Assembly (NCBI GenBank): GCA_964522415.1
Contig: CAZFVQ010000017.1
Location: 4,723-68,722 of the forward strand
Direction: 5' to 3'
Source of the DNA: an uncultured Rikenellaceae bacterium
GTDB taxonomy: Bacteria; Bacteroidota; Bacteroidia; Bacteroidales; VadinHA17
DNA length: 64,000 nt
The notes under the pieces are model-generated. The model saw only the letters and a list, made by a program, of their open reading frames with translations. It did not search any database and was not told where the DNA came from. Below, one piece after another: positions 17,913 through 27,322 of this stretch; position 1 is the stretch's first letter; every line of letters begins with the position of its first letter. The position numbers and the translations under genes are program-made.

Positions 17913-18662
17913 ATGAAAACTATTGATTTTTCTTATTTCATTGAGCGATTTCTTGCGGGAGAAATGAATGAAGCTGAAGAAGAGTGGTTTCAAAATGAGC
18001 TTGGCAGGAATGAGAAACTCCGCCACGAAATTACTCTGAGACAGCTCACAAACACAACCCTTAAGGATCATGATGTCCTGCAGCTCAGGAATAAGCTGAC
18101 TGCAATTGCATCAAAGAAAGCTGAACCAAAACCATCCAAAAACGGACGCAGGCACAAGGATCTTACCAGGGCAGCAGTATTTGCAGGACTGGTTCTCTTC
18201 GGAACGCTTGCTTTTCTCAACAACAGAACAATGTCCACCGATGAGATCTTTGATCATTATTACAAGTTTTATGACATTACAACTCCCCTGCGATCGGTAA
18301 ATGATGCCGGCAATACTGATTATCTGACAGCCATTGAATACTTCAATGTAAAGGATTATTACAATGCAGCGCATTATTTCAGCAAGGTTCTGAGTAGTGA
18401 TCCCAGATTTATTGAATCGGTTCTGATGACAGGAGTATCAAAATTCGAGGAAGAAAAATATTCCGAGGCAAAATCATCATTTACAAAAGTTATGGACAAC
18501 AGGGATAATCTTTTCTTTGAAGATGCTCAGTGGTACCTCTCATTATGTTATCTGAAGACATCCGAAAAGGATAAGGCTGTTAATACATTGAAAGCTGTAA
18601 AGGAATCGGGCAGTGTTTACAGCAGGAATGCAGGGAAAATACTTAAAAAGATAAGGTTGTAA
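17913..18662 (+). CDS. Single-pass membrane TPR protein, putative anti-sigma factor
   Basis: N-terminal helical domain (IERFLAGEMNEAEEEWFQNEL) like the sigma-binding N-terminus of Bacteroidetes anti-sigmas, a TM (AAVFAGLVLFGTLAFLN), then TPRs ending AQWYLSLCYLK...A...L. Start chosen at ATG 17913. Confidence 0.75.
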   Translation: MKTIDFSYFIERFLAGEMNEAEEEWFQNELGRNEKLRHEITLRQLTNTTLKDHDVLQLRNKLTAIASKKAEPKPSKNGRRHKDLTRAAVFAGLVLFGTLAFLNNRTMSTDEIFDHYYKFYDITTPLRSVNDAGNTDYLTAIEYFNVKDYYNAAHYFSKVLSSDPRFIESVLMTGVSKFEEEKYSEAKSSFTKVMDNRDNLFFEDAQWYLSLCYLKTSEKDKAVNTLKAVKESGSVYSRNAGKILKKIRL

Positions 18663-18720
18663 ACAGCCTGGCAGGCCCTGCAGAGGGGTGATATCACCAT
18701 TAATTCCAAAATAGAGACAA

Positions 18721-18758
18721 ATAAAAATGACCGCTTTTTTTCGGGCTGTCATTTTTAT
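18721..18758. terminator. Probable bidirectional intrinsic terminator
   Basis: Perfect 11-bp inverted repeat ATAAAAATGAC/GTCATTTTTAT between convergent genes. Confidence 0.6.
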
Positions 18759-20704
18759 TTTTCATTCTTCCTGGCAATTATTTTCACTTCAGTCCTTCGG
18801 TTCATCCTTCTGCCTTCAAATGTGATATTGTCGCCGATTGGTGAAGTATTGCCGTAACCCATGTACTGAAGCCTGTCAGGAGAAATACCATTTTCAATAA
18901 GATAATTAACAACAGACAATGCCCTTTTTTCGGATAGCTGCAAATTATACTGATCAGTACCGGTAGAATCAGTATAACCTCCTATTTCAACTATAAAATC
19001 CTCATTGATTCTCAATAACTCGGCCAGGTTTGCAAGTTCGGACATGGATTCTTTTTTCAGCTCCCAACGGTCAATTTCATAAAATACATTGGTCAAAAGC
19101 ATTTTTTCTCCTATCCTCACAGGGCTCAATGCTATTTTTTTAATCAGGGGCTCCATCACTGAATGAATTCCCTCAAACATAAAATTCTCCGAATAAAAAA
19201 GATATCCGGGTTTTGATACATTTATTCCATAATTATTTCCAGAAGGCAGACATACCAGGAAATTTCCCAGGTCATCTGTCCTACTTTTAATGGTAACTCT
19301 GTTCGTTGTCAGGTTTATCAGCTCAAACTCAGCCTTCAGCATTTTACCGGTCTCCCTGTCAGTAACCCTTCCCCTGAGATAGGAAACAGGATTTGGCCTG
19401 AATGATTTGTCAAGTGTGAACCAGAATATATCCTTTCCGTTTGAATTTTCACGTTTTGAAGAAAAATAGGCTTTCTGCCCGCTGGCTTCTATCACAAGTC
19501 CCATTTCATCATTTGCTGTGTTTACCGGATATCCCAGGTTCTGTGGTTCAGTCCAGGTACTGTCATCCTGCATCCTTGTCAGGTAAATATCAAAACCACC
19601 CATTCCCGGTCTGCCATCGGACGAAAAGTAGAGCGTTCTGCCGTCAAAATGTATGAAAGGTGACATTTCATCACCTTCTGTATTGATCTTATCCCCCATA
19701 TTTACCGGTTCCTTCCAGCTGCTGTTTTCACTCAAAACTGAATACCATAAATCTTTTCCACCCATTCCCCCCGGCCTGTTACTTGAAAAAAAGAGCATAT
19801 TCCCGTCTGCACTGATTGATGGTGTCGATTCCCAAAAAGATGTATTCACGGGAGGACCCAGGTTGTAAGGGAATGACCATTTGCCATTATTATAGGCAGA
19901 AAAATAAATATCACAACTACCATAACCACCCGGTCTGTCACAGGCAGCGAAATACATATAATTCCCACTCGAAGAAAGGGTTGCTGCACCTTCGTTTTGT
20001 GCTGTATTCAATGGTGCCCCGGCATTAAAGGGGCTTGTCCATCCTGTATCCGACAGAAAACTTATGTAAAAATCCTCCTGATAATTCGGACGGTTAAGAA
20101 AATCAGTAGTTGTGTAGGATTGCCGTGTGAACATAAGAGTCCGGCCGTCAGCAGTTATTGATGGCCAGTATTCATCATCCCTGGTATTGATTGAACAGCC
20201 TATACTCACCGGATTGAACGGCACGGGGTTTTTTACCGCTTCAATGGCAAATTTGCAGTTTTCAATGTTCTTTTCAGCAATTTTATTGTTTTTGGCAATA
20301 CCTCCGCCGTGTCTCAGATATGCCCTGTAATTCTTCAATGCCTGATAATAGTTCTCAATCAGCATTTCTGCGCTGGCAAGGCTGAAGAATGCCGGGATAT
20401 ATGCCATAGAATCTATGCTTACGGCTTTCCGGTAATATTCAGCAGCCATGTCAGGTTTATTTTGTTTCGTATACATTTCCCCGAGCATCATATATGCTTC
20501 ATAGAATCCGGGATCATGCGAGATGGCAATCTTAAACAGTGTTTCTGCCTTTTTAAAGTCGAAATAGTCATAATATGTAACACCGTCATTATAGGTTTTT
20601 ATTGCCTTATTCGAATTGCTGTGCAATGATTGGGTAGAAACGTTTTGCGGCATGAGACAGAAAGCAGCAATTGTCAAAAATATGACCCGGATTTTTCTCA
20701 CCAT
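18755..20704 (-). CDS. OmpA-family protein with TPR, PD40 beta-propeller and carboxypeptidase-regulatory-like domains (PorE/PG1058-like architecture)
   Basis: TPRs at the N-terminus, repeated PSITADGRTLMFT / PSISADGNMLFFSSNRPGG units, C-terminal IGGYTDSTG..YN..LSEKRA..V...NRRTE OmpA motif. Confidence 0.9.
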   Translation of the reverse strand: MVRKIRVIFLTIAAFCLMPQNVSTQSLHSNSNKAIKTYNDGVTYYDYFDFKKAETLFKIAISHDPGFYEAYMMLGEMYTKQNKPDMAAEYYRKAVSIDSMAYIPAFFSLASAEMLIENYYQALKNYRAYLRHGGGIAKNNKIAEKNIENCKFAIEAVKNPVPFNPVSIGCSINTRDDEYWPSITADGRTLMFTRQSYTTTDFLNRPNYQEDFYISFLSDTGWTSPFNAGAPLNTAQNEGAATLSSSGNYMYFAACDRPGGYGSCDIYFSAYNNGKWSFPYNLGPPVNTSFWESTPSISADGNMLFFSSNRPGGMGGKDLWYSVLSENSSWKEPVNMGDKINTEGDEMSPFIHFDGRTLYFSSDGRPGMGGFDIYLTRMQDDSTWTEPQNLGYPVNTANDEMGLVIEASGQKAYFSSKRENSNGKDIFWFTLDKSFRPNPVSYLRGRVTDRETGKMLKAEFELINLTTNRVTIKSRTDDLGNFLVCLPSGNNYGINVSKPGYLFYSENFMFEGIHSVMEPLIKKIALSPVRIGEKMLLTNVFYEIDRWELKKESMSELANLAELLRINEDFIVEIGGYTDSTGTDQYNLQLSEKRALSVVNYLIENGISPDRLQYMGYGNTSPIGDNITFEGRRMNRRTEVKIIARKNEK

Positions 20705-20708
20705 ACAC

Positions 20709-21338
20709 TCAGGGTATATGCATATATTTATGTATCTGAAGTGATATTCTCCATACGGGATTTTTAAGCACATAACTTACAATTTCCGGAATAACAGATT
20801 CAAATCTGCTCCATTCCGGCTGAAGATAAAGCCTGCACTTATTGCCAACAAGCGATCGGTATTTCTCAGCCCATTTAAAATCATCTCCTGTTTCAATTAT
20901 GATTTTAAGCTCATGAGCCATATTGCAGATCATATCCTGGGGAGGTGCCTCTCTCTTTGGGGAGAGACAGATCCAGTCCCATTTCCCGCTTAGCGGACAA
21001 GATCCTGAGGTTTCAATAAAAGTCCGGATTTTATTTTTCCCGAGGCCTTTGCAGAGATAATCAAGATTCCACATAAGAGGCTCACCACCTGTAACAATAA
21101 CTGAGTCAGTCCCGGATTTTATGGCATTGTTTATTATATCTTCAGTTTTTACCAGTGGATGAATATCCGGATTCCATGCAAATTTTGTATCACACCAGTT
21201 GCATCCCACATCACAGCCTCCCAGCCTTATAAACCAGGCTGCCTTTCCGGAATGGAATCCTTCACCCTGTACTGAATGAAACTCTTCAACCAAAGGAAGA
21301 TTAAAGCCATCCGGCCGACCTGAGGATATTTTAACCAT
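20709..21338 (-). CDS. queE: 7-carboxy-7-deazaguanine synthase QueE (radical SAM)
   Basis: EEFHSVQGEG, FIRLGGCDVGCNWCDT (CxxxCxxC), VTGGEP, LQPEW, ISLQIHKY. Confidence 0.93.
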   Translation of the reverse strand: MVKISSGRPDGFNLPLVEEFHSVQGEGFHSGKAAWFIRLGGCDVGCNWCDTKFAWNPDIHPLVKTEDIINNAIKSGTDSVIVTGGEPLMWNLDYLCKGLGKNKIRTFIETSGSCPLSGKWDWICLSPKREAPPQDMICNMAHELKIIIETGDDFKWAEKYRSLVGNKCRLYLQPEWSRFESVIPEIVSYVLKNPVWRISLQIHKYMHIP

Positions 21339-21403
21339 AATATTTTGCAGAATCCTTAATTGCAGAACCTGCACAAATATAGGCAAAATTTGTTTTCAGT
21401 GTA

Positions 21404-22501
21404 TTATTTTCTGATTTTCAGAAGTTTCAGGAAAGCATCGAAAAAGAATGTATTATCATGAATACCTGAAAAATCCTGCGCCCCGGGACCATAGGAAAAA
21501 ATCGGGACCATGGAGGCTGAATGGTCGGTTGTTCCGAATGCTGCTTTTACTGTTCCCTCATCAGCATTTCCCCCGGTTAACGCCAGACCACCGGTTTCAT
21601 GATCTGCAGTTACAACAACCAGAGTCTGACCATTTTTCTCCGCAAAGTCCAGTGCAATACCAACAGCCCTGTCCATATCAATCAGTTCCGAGGTTATATA
21701 ATCTATGTCATTGGCATGTGCTCCCCAGTCAATCATGGAACCTTCAATCATCAGGAAAAAGCCATTTTTATCACGGCTCAGCACTTCTATTGCTTTTCTT
21801 GTCATTTCTTCAAGAATTCCTGTCCGGCCTTCGCTTTCACGCGGCATATGCACTTCTGCCAGCAGGCCGGCCAGTTTATCCGAAGATGAGGCTTTCATTT
21901 CACCGGGAGTATAAACAAGATCGAAACCCTGTTCCTCCAGTTCTGCTGCCAGGTCCCGGCCATCTGCACGTTTGCGGAAATGACTTTCTCCGCCGCCCAG
22001 AAACACGTCAACCGATCCGTTCAGAAAGTGCAGTGCTATATCTTCATAATTATTCCGGCTGGAATTATGAGCTATGAATGAGGCCGGTGTGGCATGTGTT
22101 ATGGAACTGGTACTCACTAATCCGGTTGCCAGCCCATTCTCATGTATAACCTCAAGGACGGATACTGCAACTGATTCATCCGGATTGAGTCCCAGCATTC
22201 CGTTGTTTGTCTTCACCCCGCATGCAATAGCAGTACCACCAGCTGCCGAATCAGTTATATAATTATCAGCCGAACTTGTGATGCTGAGGCCTGAATAAGG
22301 GAATTTCTGAAGGTTAAGGGCTGCTTTATTCACTGTCATTCCTGCAGTAACATGAGTCACACCCATCCCGTCACCGATAAACAGAATGATATTTTTGGTT
22401 TCACCGGAAAAATGTTCATTTCTACATCCAGGCAGAAGCAGGGAACCTGTCAGAATAATACCCAGTAACAATAATATCAAATGTCTCTTTTTTGTTTTCA
22501 T
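21404..22501 (-). CDS. Alkaline phosphatase, probable lipoprotein
   Basis: IGDGMG, TDSAA (Ser nucleophile), HATPA, EGSMIDWGAH, TADHETG; lipobox-like LLPGC. Confidence 0.92.
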   Translation of the reverse strand: MKTKKRHLILLLLGIILTGSLLLPGCRNEHFSGETKNIILFIGDGMGVTHVTAGMTVNKAALNLQKFPYSGLSITSSADNYITDSAAGGTAIACGVKTNNGMLGLNPDESVAVSVLEVIHENGLATGLVSTSSITHATPASFIAHNSSRNNYEDIALHFLNGSVDVFLGGGESHFRKRADGRDLAAELEEQGFDLVYTPGEMKASSSDKLAGLLAEVHMPRESEGRTGILEEMTRKAIEVLSRDKNGFFLMIEGSMIDWGAHANDIDYITSELIDMDRAVGIALDFAEKNGQTLVVVTADHETGGLALTGGNADEGTVKAAFGTTDHSASMVPIFSYGPGAQDFSGIHDNTFFFDAFLKLLKIRK

Positions 22502-22570
22502 GTCTACAATTTTTTATTATTAATAGTAATGAGAATTTATTTTCAAGTTTCTGTTATAACATCGGTCTGA

Positions 22571-24349
22571 TCAATTTGTTTTTCCAAACAATAACTCTTT
22601 TTCGCGCGGAATGGCATTTTTTACCCAATTTTCAGGTACTATTTTCCAGTTGTTCAACGCTTTTGGAGTAATCACTTTTTCAGATTCAATTTCCCCGAGA
22701 ATGAAATAACGAAGATCCCGTTCCGTAGAATTTATGAGCCGTTGCATCAGGTAATCCGCTCTGATTCCTGCACCTCTGGTCAAATGGCCTCCGCCGCCGT
22801 TTCCGCGGTATGAATTGAGTGCAACATTATAGTATTTGTGTTTTTCGAAAGGTCTGCCATCACTCAGGGATCTGATAACAACCATTTTGCCTTCAGGTCT
22901 GCTTACATCAACAATATAATCCAGTCCGGCAGCAGAATCAAAGTTATAGGATTGATTTCTCAGCCATGCCCGACCGTTTGAAATTTCCGGTTTACCGTTT
23001 TTGCCAGGCCTGTATTTTAAAAGATAATCTCCCGGACCTTTCATGGGATTCAGCCACAGGGAATAGCTGTAATCAAGGTATTTCTGTATCTCTTCGCCTG
23101 TCAGGCTCATTGTATAGAGTATATTTTCGAACCTGTATAGTTTGAACATATCACCAACCGTAAGAGGTCCCTTACTGATCCCTTCATCGAATGAAAGCGG
23201 AGCTGCAAAGGAAATATCGGCACCGGTCAGTTTCAGCTGAATGGAATGTATCATGTCCACAAAGGGTGATGAACCGAAATATGAATCACGTGATGAAATA
23301 TCTGAATCAGAACTGCCTATAACCCTGTTCACGTAATTATTGACAGCTTCCCTTTGCATATTGAATTTTTCCGTGAATTCAGCATCAGGGGAAAGAGCAG
23401 ATGTTTTGACAATATGACCCGATATCTTTCTTCTCCTTTCTTTCCTGTCGTTTTTATTTGAAAATACTATTTCAGCAACTGCAATATTCTGCGCCCTGCT
23501 TCCTCCGTTTAATATCAGTAAGGTATCTCCCATCCTGTTAACAAAAATTTCATTGGCCACCCGGTGATCATGTCCGGTAAAAATGATATCAAAACCCGGA
23601 ATATTATAGGCAACTGCTGCAGATCCGTTTTCTTCCATGGGATGAACAGTGGTATTCTCTCTGTTCCATCCTGAATGGAAAAGTCCGACTACCAGATCAG
23701 GTTTTTCCTTTTTTATCCGGGGCATCCATAATTCCGCGGTACTGACCATATCCCTGAATTCTATTCCGGAGTAGAGTTCTTCCGGAAGCCAGTTGGAAAT
23801 ATAAGGTGTCGTAAGTCCGAGAACTGCCACTTTTATTCCCTTTTTTTCAATCAATGCATAAGGACTGAAATAGGGCTCACCTGTACCGATATCGACTGCA
23901 TTTGCAGCAAGCAGCGGAAAACAGTATTCAGACCGCAGGCGGTCATAGACTGAATGTCCTGCTTCAATATCATGGTTTCCGACAGTAGCTGCATCATAAC
24001 CGAGATGATTAAACACATCAGACATCAGATGGGATGAAAGTGTATCAACGTAATTGTAATAGTACACAGCCGGCTGACCCTGAATGTTATCACCATTATC
24101 AAGAAGAAAAACAACATCCTTTTCCCCTGCTGCCTTTTTAAAAAATGAGGATGCATGTGCCAGGGATGCATCAAGCGGCTTCATATCAATAAAATCATAA
24201 GGCAGTATAACTCCATGAATATCGGTTGTTTCAATTATTGAGACGCTGACTGTCTCTTCTTCCCCGCAGGATAATACAAATATTGCCAGGAAAAATAAGG
24301 GGAATAGTTTAATTTGGAAGTATTTCATGATCCGCTTATTTCTGTTCAT
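22571..24349 (-). CDS. 2',3'-cyclic-nucleotide 2'-phosphodiesterase/5'-nucleotidase family lipoprotein (CpdB-like)
   Basis: Metallophosphoesterase motifs TTDIHG, DNGD, GNHD, GHDH, plus a 5'-nucleotidase C-terminal domain (LYRFEN, NSYRGNGGG); alternative start at 24328. Confidence 0.9.
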   Translation of the reverse strand: MNRNKRIMKYFQIKLFPLFFLAIFVLSCGEEETVSVSIIETTDIHGVILPYDFIDMKPLDASLAHASSFFKKAAGEKDVVFLLDNGDNIQGQPAVYYYNYVDTLSSHLMSDVFNHLGYDAATVGNHDIEAGHSVYDRLRSEYCFPLLAANAVDIGTGEPYFSPYALIEKKGIKVAVLGLTTPYISNWLPEELYSGIEFRDMVSTAELWMPRIKKEKPDLVVGLFHSGWNRENTTVHPMEENGSAAVAYNIPGFDIIFTGHDHRVANEIFVNRMGDTLLILNGGSRAQNIAVAEIVFSNKNDRKERRRKISGHIVKTSALSPDAEFTEKFNMQREAVNNYVNRVIGSSDSDISSRDSYFGSSPFVDMIHSIQLKLTGADISFAAPLSFDEGISKGPLTVGDMFKLYRFENILYTMSLTGEEIQKYLDYSYSLWLNPMKGPGDYLLKYRPGKNGKPEISNGRAWLRNQSYNFDSAAGLDYIVDVSRPEGKMVVIRSLSDGRPFEKHKYYNVALNSYRGNGGGGHLTRGAGIRADYLMQRLINSTERDLRYFILGEIESEKVITPKALNNWKIVPENWVKNAIPREKELLFGKTN

Positions 24350-24365
24350 GATCCGCTTATTTCTG
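24324..24365. repeat. Exact 21-bp tandem duplication spanning the start codon of the CpdB-like gene
   Basis: TTCATGATCCGCTTATTTCTG occurs at 24324-24344 and 24345-24365. Confidence 0.9.
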
Positions 24366-24465
24366 AGGAATGAACAATAAAACCCATAAAACTAGGAAAG
24401 AATATCTTTAAATAGAGTTATTTCATGTACTTTTAAGCAATTTATTTGTAAAAAATTTATTATTT

Positions 24466-25641
24466 ATGGTGTTGACCGGTCTGGAACAGCTGAAAAAACA
24501 ATTTCCTTCCCCTCTGAAAGGAAAGAAGATAGCCGTTTTATGCCATGCTCCCAGTATTACAAGGGATTTTGTTCACATCACAGAAATTTTCCGGAATAAC
24601 AAAGATTGTCATCTTGCTGCTGTCTTCGGGCCACAGCACGGCCTTTTCGGACAGACTCAGGATAACATGATTGAATGGGAAGGAGATCAGGATCCTGTTT
24701 TCAATATTCCGGTTTACAGCCTGTATGGGGAGCACCGCAAACCGACAGAGGCCATGCTTGATGGTATAGAAGCCCTTGTCATTGATCTCCAGGATGTGGG
24801 GGCCAGGCTGTACACCTATGTGTGGACAGTGAAATTATGCATTGAAGCATGCAGCGAAAAAGGAATACCGGTATGGATACTTGACCGTCCCAATCCGGTG
24901 GGATTACTCCCCTTTGACGGTCCGGTTATGAAAGAAGATTTTTTTACTTTCGTGGGCGGAGCCTGTATACCCTTATGCCACAGAATGACAATCGGGGAAA
25001 TGGCTGAATGGATCAGGGTGAAATATTACCCGTCGGCTGAACTCAATATTTTATGGATGAAAGGCTGGCGCCGCCGCAGCCTTTTCAATATGACAGGACT
25101 TCCCTGGGTATTACCGTCACCGAACATGCCCTGTCTTCAGACTGCAGTGGTATATCCGGGAACCGTACTTGCCGAAGCCCTGAATATTTCCGAAGGAAGA
25201 GGAACGACAATACCCTTTGAACTGATAGGAGCTCCCTTCATTGACGGGGGAAAGCTGAAAAAAGAACTGGACAGCAGGCATATTCCCGGATGCCGGTTTA
25301 GAGTACATAATTTCATTCCCACATTCAACAAATATGCGGATGAGTATTGCAGAGGCATACAGATACACGTTACTGATCATGAGAATTATCATCCGGTTGC
25401 CACGGCACTTGAGCTGATCGATTCAATAATTGAAACCTCTCCGGAAGGAAGCCTGGAATTCAATCCACCTCCTTACGAATATGAGGAAAAACTCATGCCA
25501 TTCGACATATTGTCCGGAGATTCGATAATGAGAAAAGTTTTATTGAACCGTGGATCTCTTAAAAGAGAAAAGGAAAGATGGAAAGATGAAATTGAAGAAT
25601 TCAGAAAGGAATTCAGAAATATTTCCATGTATCCCGAATAG
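24466..25641 (+). CDS. DUF1343 / exo-beta-N-acetylmuramidase NamZ family
   Basis: FGPQHG, YSLYGEHRKP, DLQDVGARLYTY, LDRPNP, PSPNMP, SEGRGTT.PFE motifs. Confidence 0.9.
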   Translation: MVLTGLEQLKKQFPSPLKGKKIAVLCHAPSITRDFVHITEIFRNNKDCHLAAVFGPQHGLFGQTQDNMIEWEGDQDPVFNIPVYSLYGEHRKPTEAMLDGIEALVIDLQDVGARLYTYVWTVKLCIEACSEKGIPVWILDRPNPVGLLPFDGPVMKEDFFTFVGGACIPLCHRMTIGEMAEWIRVKYYPSAELNILWMKGWRRRSLFNMTGLPWVLPSPNMPCLQTAVVYPGTVLAEALNISEGRGTTIPFELIGAPFIDGGKLKKELDSRHIPGCRFRVHNFIPTFNKYADEYCRGIQIHVTDHENYHPVATALELIDSIIETSPEGSLEFNPPPYEYEEKLMPFDILSGDSIMRKVLLNRGSLKREKERWKDEIEEFRKEFRNISMYPE

Positions 25642-25692
25642 GCAATTCCTGAATATGTTATACATATCCTGTGTACAAATCCCGGATCCTGT

Positions 25693-26088
25693 TTATATTT
25701 CCGTATCCTGTTTAAAGCAGGAAGACAGCTTTTCAATCAGTTGTTTCGAATAAATAGGCTTTATAAGAAAATCATCGAAGCCGGATTTATACATATTATC
25801 CATATCGCCGGTAAAGCTGTAGGCAGTCTGGGCAATAAGCTTTACTTCCCTGCGAAGCTCCCTTATTTTTTTGGCTGAAGTGTATCCGTCCATAACCGGA
25901 AGCTGGATATCCATCAGGACCATATCAATACCGGGATCATTTACAACAAATTCCACTGCTTCCCTGCCATCACCGGCATTCAGCAATATTGCTTCCGTTT
26001 TTTCCAGAATCTTGTTAAGATACAACCTGCTTGACAGATCATCTTCCACAATCAGGATTTTTTTCCCTTTCAGGATTGACTCATGCAT
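25693..26088 (-). CDS. Single-domain response regulator (receiver only)
   Basis: VEDD, LMDIQLPVMDG (phospho-Asp), AQTA, FLIKP. Confidence 0.92.
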   Translation of the reverse strand: MHESILKGKKILIVEDDLSSRLYLNKILEKTEAILLNAGDGREAVEFVVNDPGIDMVLMDIQLPVMDGYTSAKKIRELRREVKLIAQTAYSFTGDMDNMYKSGFDDFLIKPIYSKQLIEKLSSCFKQDTEI

Positions 26089-26100
26089 TTTAAAACCAAA

Positions 26101-26484
26101 TTATTCAAACAGACCTTCATCACGCAACAGTAACAAAATTGCGGACTGTGATACTACTATATATTTTTCCTTGTTGAATTCTATTTCAATGGCACTGTTT
26201 TGCAGATATACGGCCTGATCGCCTTCCCTGGGCTGAAGGGGCACATATTTTGGTTCTTCAGGTTTATTCTTCCACTGCTCATCTGTATCGTGAATCAGAG
26301 GGATCGGATAACCGGGTCCTACTTTCAGTACATATCCGATCTGAACCTTCTCGTTTTCATTGACCCCGGGCGGCAGATACAGACCACTCTTTGTCTTCGA
26401 CTGAGGAATTTTTGGCTTGATAAGAATCCTGTCACCAATAACGATAAGCTTTTGCAGGTCTTTTTCGTCTAATAATACACTCAT
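26101..26484 (-). CDS. GroES-family co-chaperonin paralog
   Basis: GDRILIKP, KTKSGLYLP (mobile loop), G.VLKVGPG, EGDQAVY...IEF..EKY.VV...IL; no groEL adjacent. Confidence 0.85.
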   Translation of the reverse strand: MSVLLDEKDLQKLIVIGDRILIKPKIPQSKTKSGLYLPPGVNENEKVQIGYVLKVGPGYPIPLIHDTDEQWKNKPEEPKYVPLQPREGDQAVYLQNSAIEIEFNKEKYIVVSQSAILLLLRDEGLFE

Positions 26485-26594
26485 GTTATTTTAAGTCAGA
26501 TGCAAATTTACCAAAAATTATGAAAACCTTGAACGGAAATACATAATTAGGTAATATTGCAGTTAAAGTGTATTTTATATGCGCTCTTCAATCA

Positions 26595-27209
26595 ATGAAA
26601 AACACCGGTAAATACAGGACCATACGATCAGTTTCCACAGGATTCTACAGGGAAAAAGGAAGCAGATTCATTTCTTTTGCCTATCCCTTAAAAAACTCAG
26701 ATGATATAAAACCGATTATCGATTCGGTCAAAAAGGAACACCATGAAGCCAGGCATAATTGTTATGCATGGGTAAGGGGAATCTCAGGTGAAAAATGGAG
26801 AGCAAATGACGACGGGGAACCTTCCGGTACGGCTGGCCGTCCTATTCTTGGCCAGATAAGGTCCTTCGGGCTTACAAATATTCTAATTATCGTTACAAGG
26901 TATTTCGGGGGGACTCTTCTTGGAACAGGGGGTCTCATCAGTGCTTACCGGAATGCGGCCCGTTCTGCTCTGGAAAATGCTGAAATAACCGAGTATGTTC
27001 TTAAGGACAGATATGAACTGGTTTTCCCCTATCAGTCCATGAATGATGTAATGAGTATAATAAAGGAAGAAGATCTGGATCAGTCGGAACATTCTTTCGA
27101 CATGGAATGCAGGATGACAGTCTCTGTTAAGACATCAGCTGCAGAAAGGATAATTTTACGTTTTTCCAGGGTTGAAGATTTGAAATACAGATATCTTGAA
27201 ACAGAATAA
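26595..27209 (+). CDS. YigZ/IMPACT family protein
   Basis: EKGSRFI, ARHNCYAW, DDGEPSGTAGRPIL, RYFGGTLLGTGGL..AY. Confidence 0.92.
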   Translation: MKNTGKYRTIRSVSTGFYREKGSRFISFAYPLKNSDDIKPIIDSVKKEHHEARHNCYAWVRGISGEKWRANDDGEPSGTAGRPILGQIRSFGLTNILIIVTRYFGGTLLGTGGLISAYRNAARSALENAEITEYVLKDRYELVFPYQSMNDVMSIIKEEDLDQSEHSFDMECRMTVSVKTSAAERIILRFSRVEDLKYRYLETE

Positions 27210-27322
27210 CCTGAACGGGCCCTGAGAAAGTTTTTAATAAATTATTAACACTTAACGGTCAGTCATTAAACTTATTTAAATTTGATATGTAATGCGATAC
27301 GCTTTAAAAAAGTCATAAGTTG

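Noticed and set aside
21448-22262. Plus-strand ORFs antisense to the alkaline phosphatase, and the similar short antisense ORFs across the track
   Set aside because: No recognisable motifs, and they fully overlap well-supported genes on the opposite strand.
27210-27322. PyrR-type attenuator upstream of pyrBI
   Set aside because: The leader is short and shows no PyrR-binding loop or terminator hairpin.
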